A stretch of DNA of 14,804 bases from an uncultured Armatimonadaceae bacterium (lineage in GTDB: Bacteria > Armatimonadota > Armatimonadia > Armatimonadales > Armatimonadaceae): the NCBI GenBank assembly GCA_964241985.1, contig CAXTBP010000120.1, forward strand, positions 1 to 14,804. Reading direction: 5' to 3'. Positions 14,341 to 14,804 of this stretch are shown piece after piece (position 1 is the first letter of the stretch; every line of letters begins with the position of its first letter). The notes below the pieces were generated by a model. The model had not been told where the DNA came from, searched no databases, and saw only the letters and a list, made by a program, of their open reading frames with translations. The translations under genes and the position numbers were made by a program.

Positions 14341-14736
14341 ATGGAAAGAACATGGATCGTTGACAAAAACGGTGAACTGAATCTGATTCTGCGCTCAATT
14401 ACGTGGCGCGGCTGGGCGCGGCAAGCGGGCTGGCTGCTTTTTGCTTTCGTTTTCAAGGGTGCGATTGATTTGGCTTCCCAAAGGTTGGGCATTGGCCCGA
14501 AACCTGTCCATCCGATACAGCCTCTACCTTGGAAACAAGCGGGTGTTTTGTTGCTTGGTTACACGGTACTTGCCCTAACCATTCCGCTTATCGCTGCCGT
14601 TTTGCGGCAAATCTACCTGCGGGCTGAACGAATTATTACACGAACCGATAAACCCCACAGGGAAACGCGCGCTTTATGGTTCGTTACTTTTTGCGGCGCT
14701 TGTATCATTGCACTTGTTCTCATTTTTGATCATTAG
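14341..14736 (+). CDS. Hypothetical small membrane protein (3 predicted TM segments)
   Basis: GGGGAG SD 6 nt upstream of the ATG. Hydrophobic segments: AGWLLFAFVF, AGVLLLGYTVLALTIPLIAAVL and WFVTFCGACIIALVLIF. No family recognised. Confidence 0.45.
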   Translation: MERTWIVDKNGELNLILRSITWRGWARQAGWLLFAFVFKGAIDLASQRLGIGPKPVHPIQPLPWKQAGVLLLGYTVLALTIPLIAAVLRQIYLRAERIITRTDKPHRETRALWFVTFCGACIIALVLIFDH

Positions 14737-14804
14737 CGCGGCGTGTTAGCCATAGCCGAAAAGGAAGCGAACGCGGATTTGGCGAACGGTTGCTATTATG
14801 GCAA

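Overview
This is a high-GC bacterial chromosomal window of compactly packed genes. Ribosome-binding sites are AGGAG-like where present. I found no rRNA, tRNA, CRISPR array or transposase. All family calls below are from reading the translations, and none was checked by a database search. Coordinates I derived by hand-counting for small motifs may be off by 1-2 nt. ORF-track coordinates are trusted.

Gene content, left to right:
- A partial MFS transporter on the minus strand (1-309), whose ORF runs off the window edge and is missing from the ORF track.
- A non-haem haloperoxidase/arylesterase-type alpha/beta hydrolase (minus strand).
- A plus-strand operon of two tandem paralogous NfeD-like membrane proteins followed by a 699-aa YqiK/FloT-type flotillin (SPFH) protein. 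The two NfeD-like loops carry opposite charges (His/Gly-rich basic versus Asp/Gly-rich acidic).
- A YfeH-like BASS/SBF-family transporter. Its last 9 codons and its rho-independent terminator are a near-copy of the flotillin 3' end and terminator, so a roughly 100-bp module flanks the transporter as a direct repeat.
- A minus-strand operon downstream of an alpha-glucan phosphorylase (glgP, GT35): a DUF4365-like PD-(D/E)xK-fold protein, a HicA-like protein with a degenerate catalytic motif, and an Uma2-family endonuclease.
- DNA polymerase I (polA), divergent from glgP. It carries Tyr at the ddNTP-selectivity position of motif B, and its Exo I motif appears degenerate.
- A VapBC-like PIN toxin-antitoxin pair and a small 3-TM hypothetical protein.

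The stretch most worth a second look is the DUF4365-like / HicA-like / Uma2 trio. The first two genes are in-frame across a single TAG, are translationally coupled, and are driven by a near-leaderless extended -10 promoter. The trio appears lower in GC than its neighbours. It is a candidate uncharacterised toxin/defence module, or a split two-domain nuclease.
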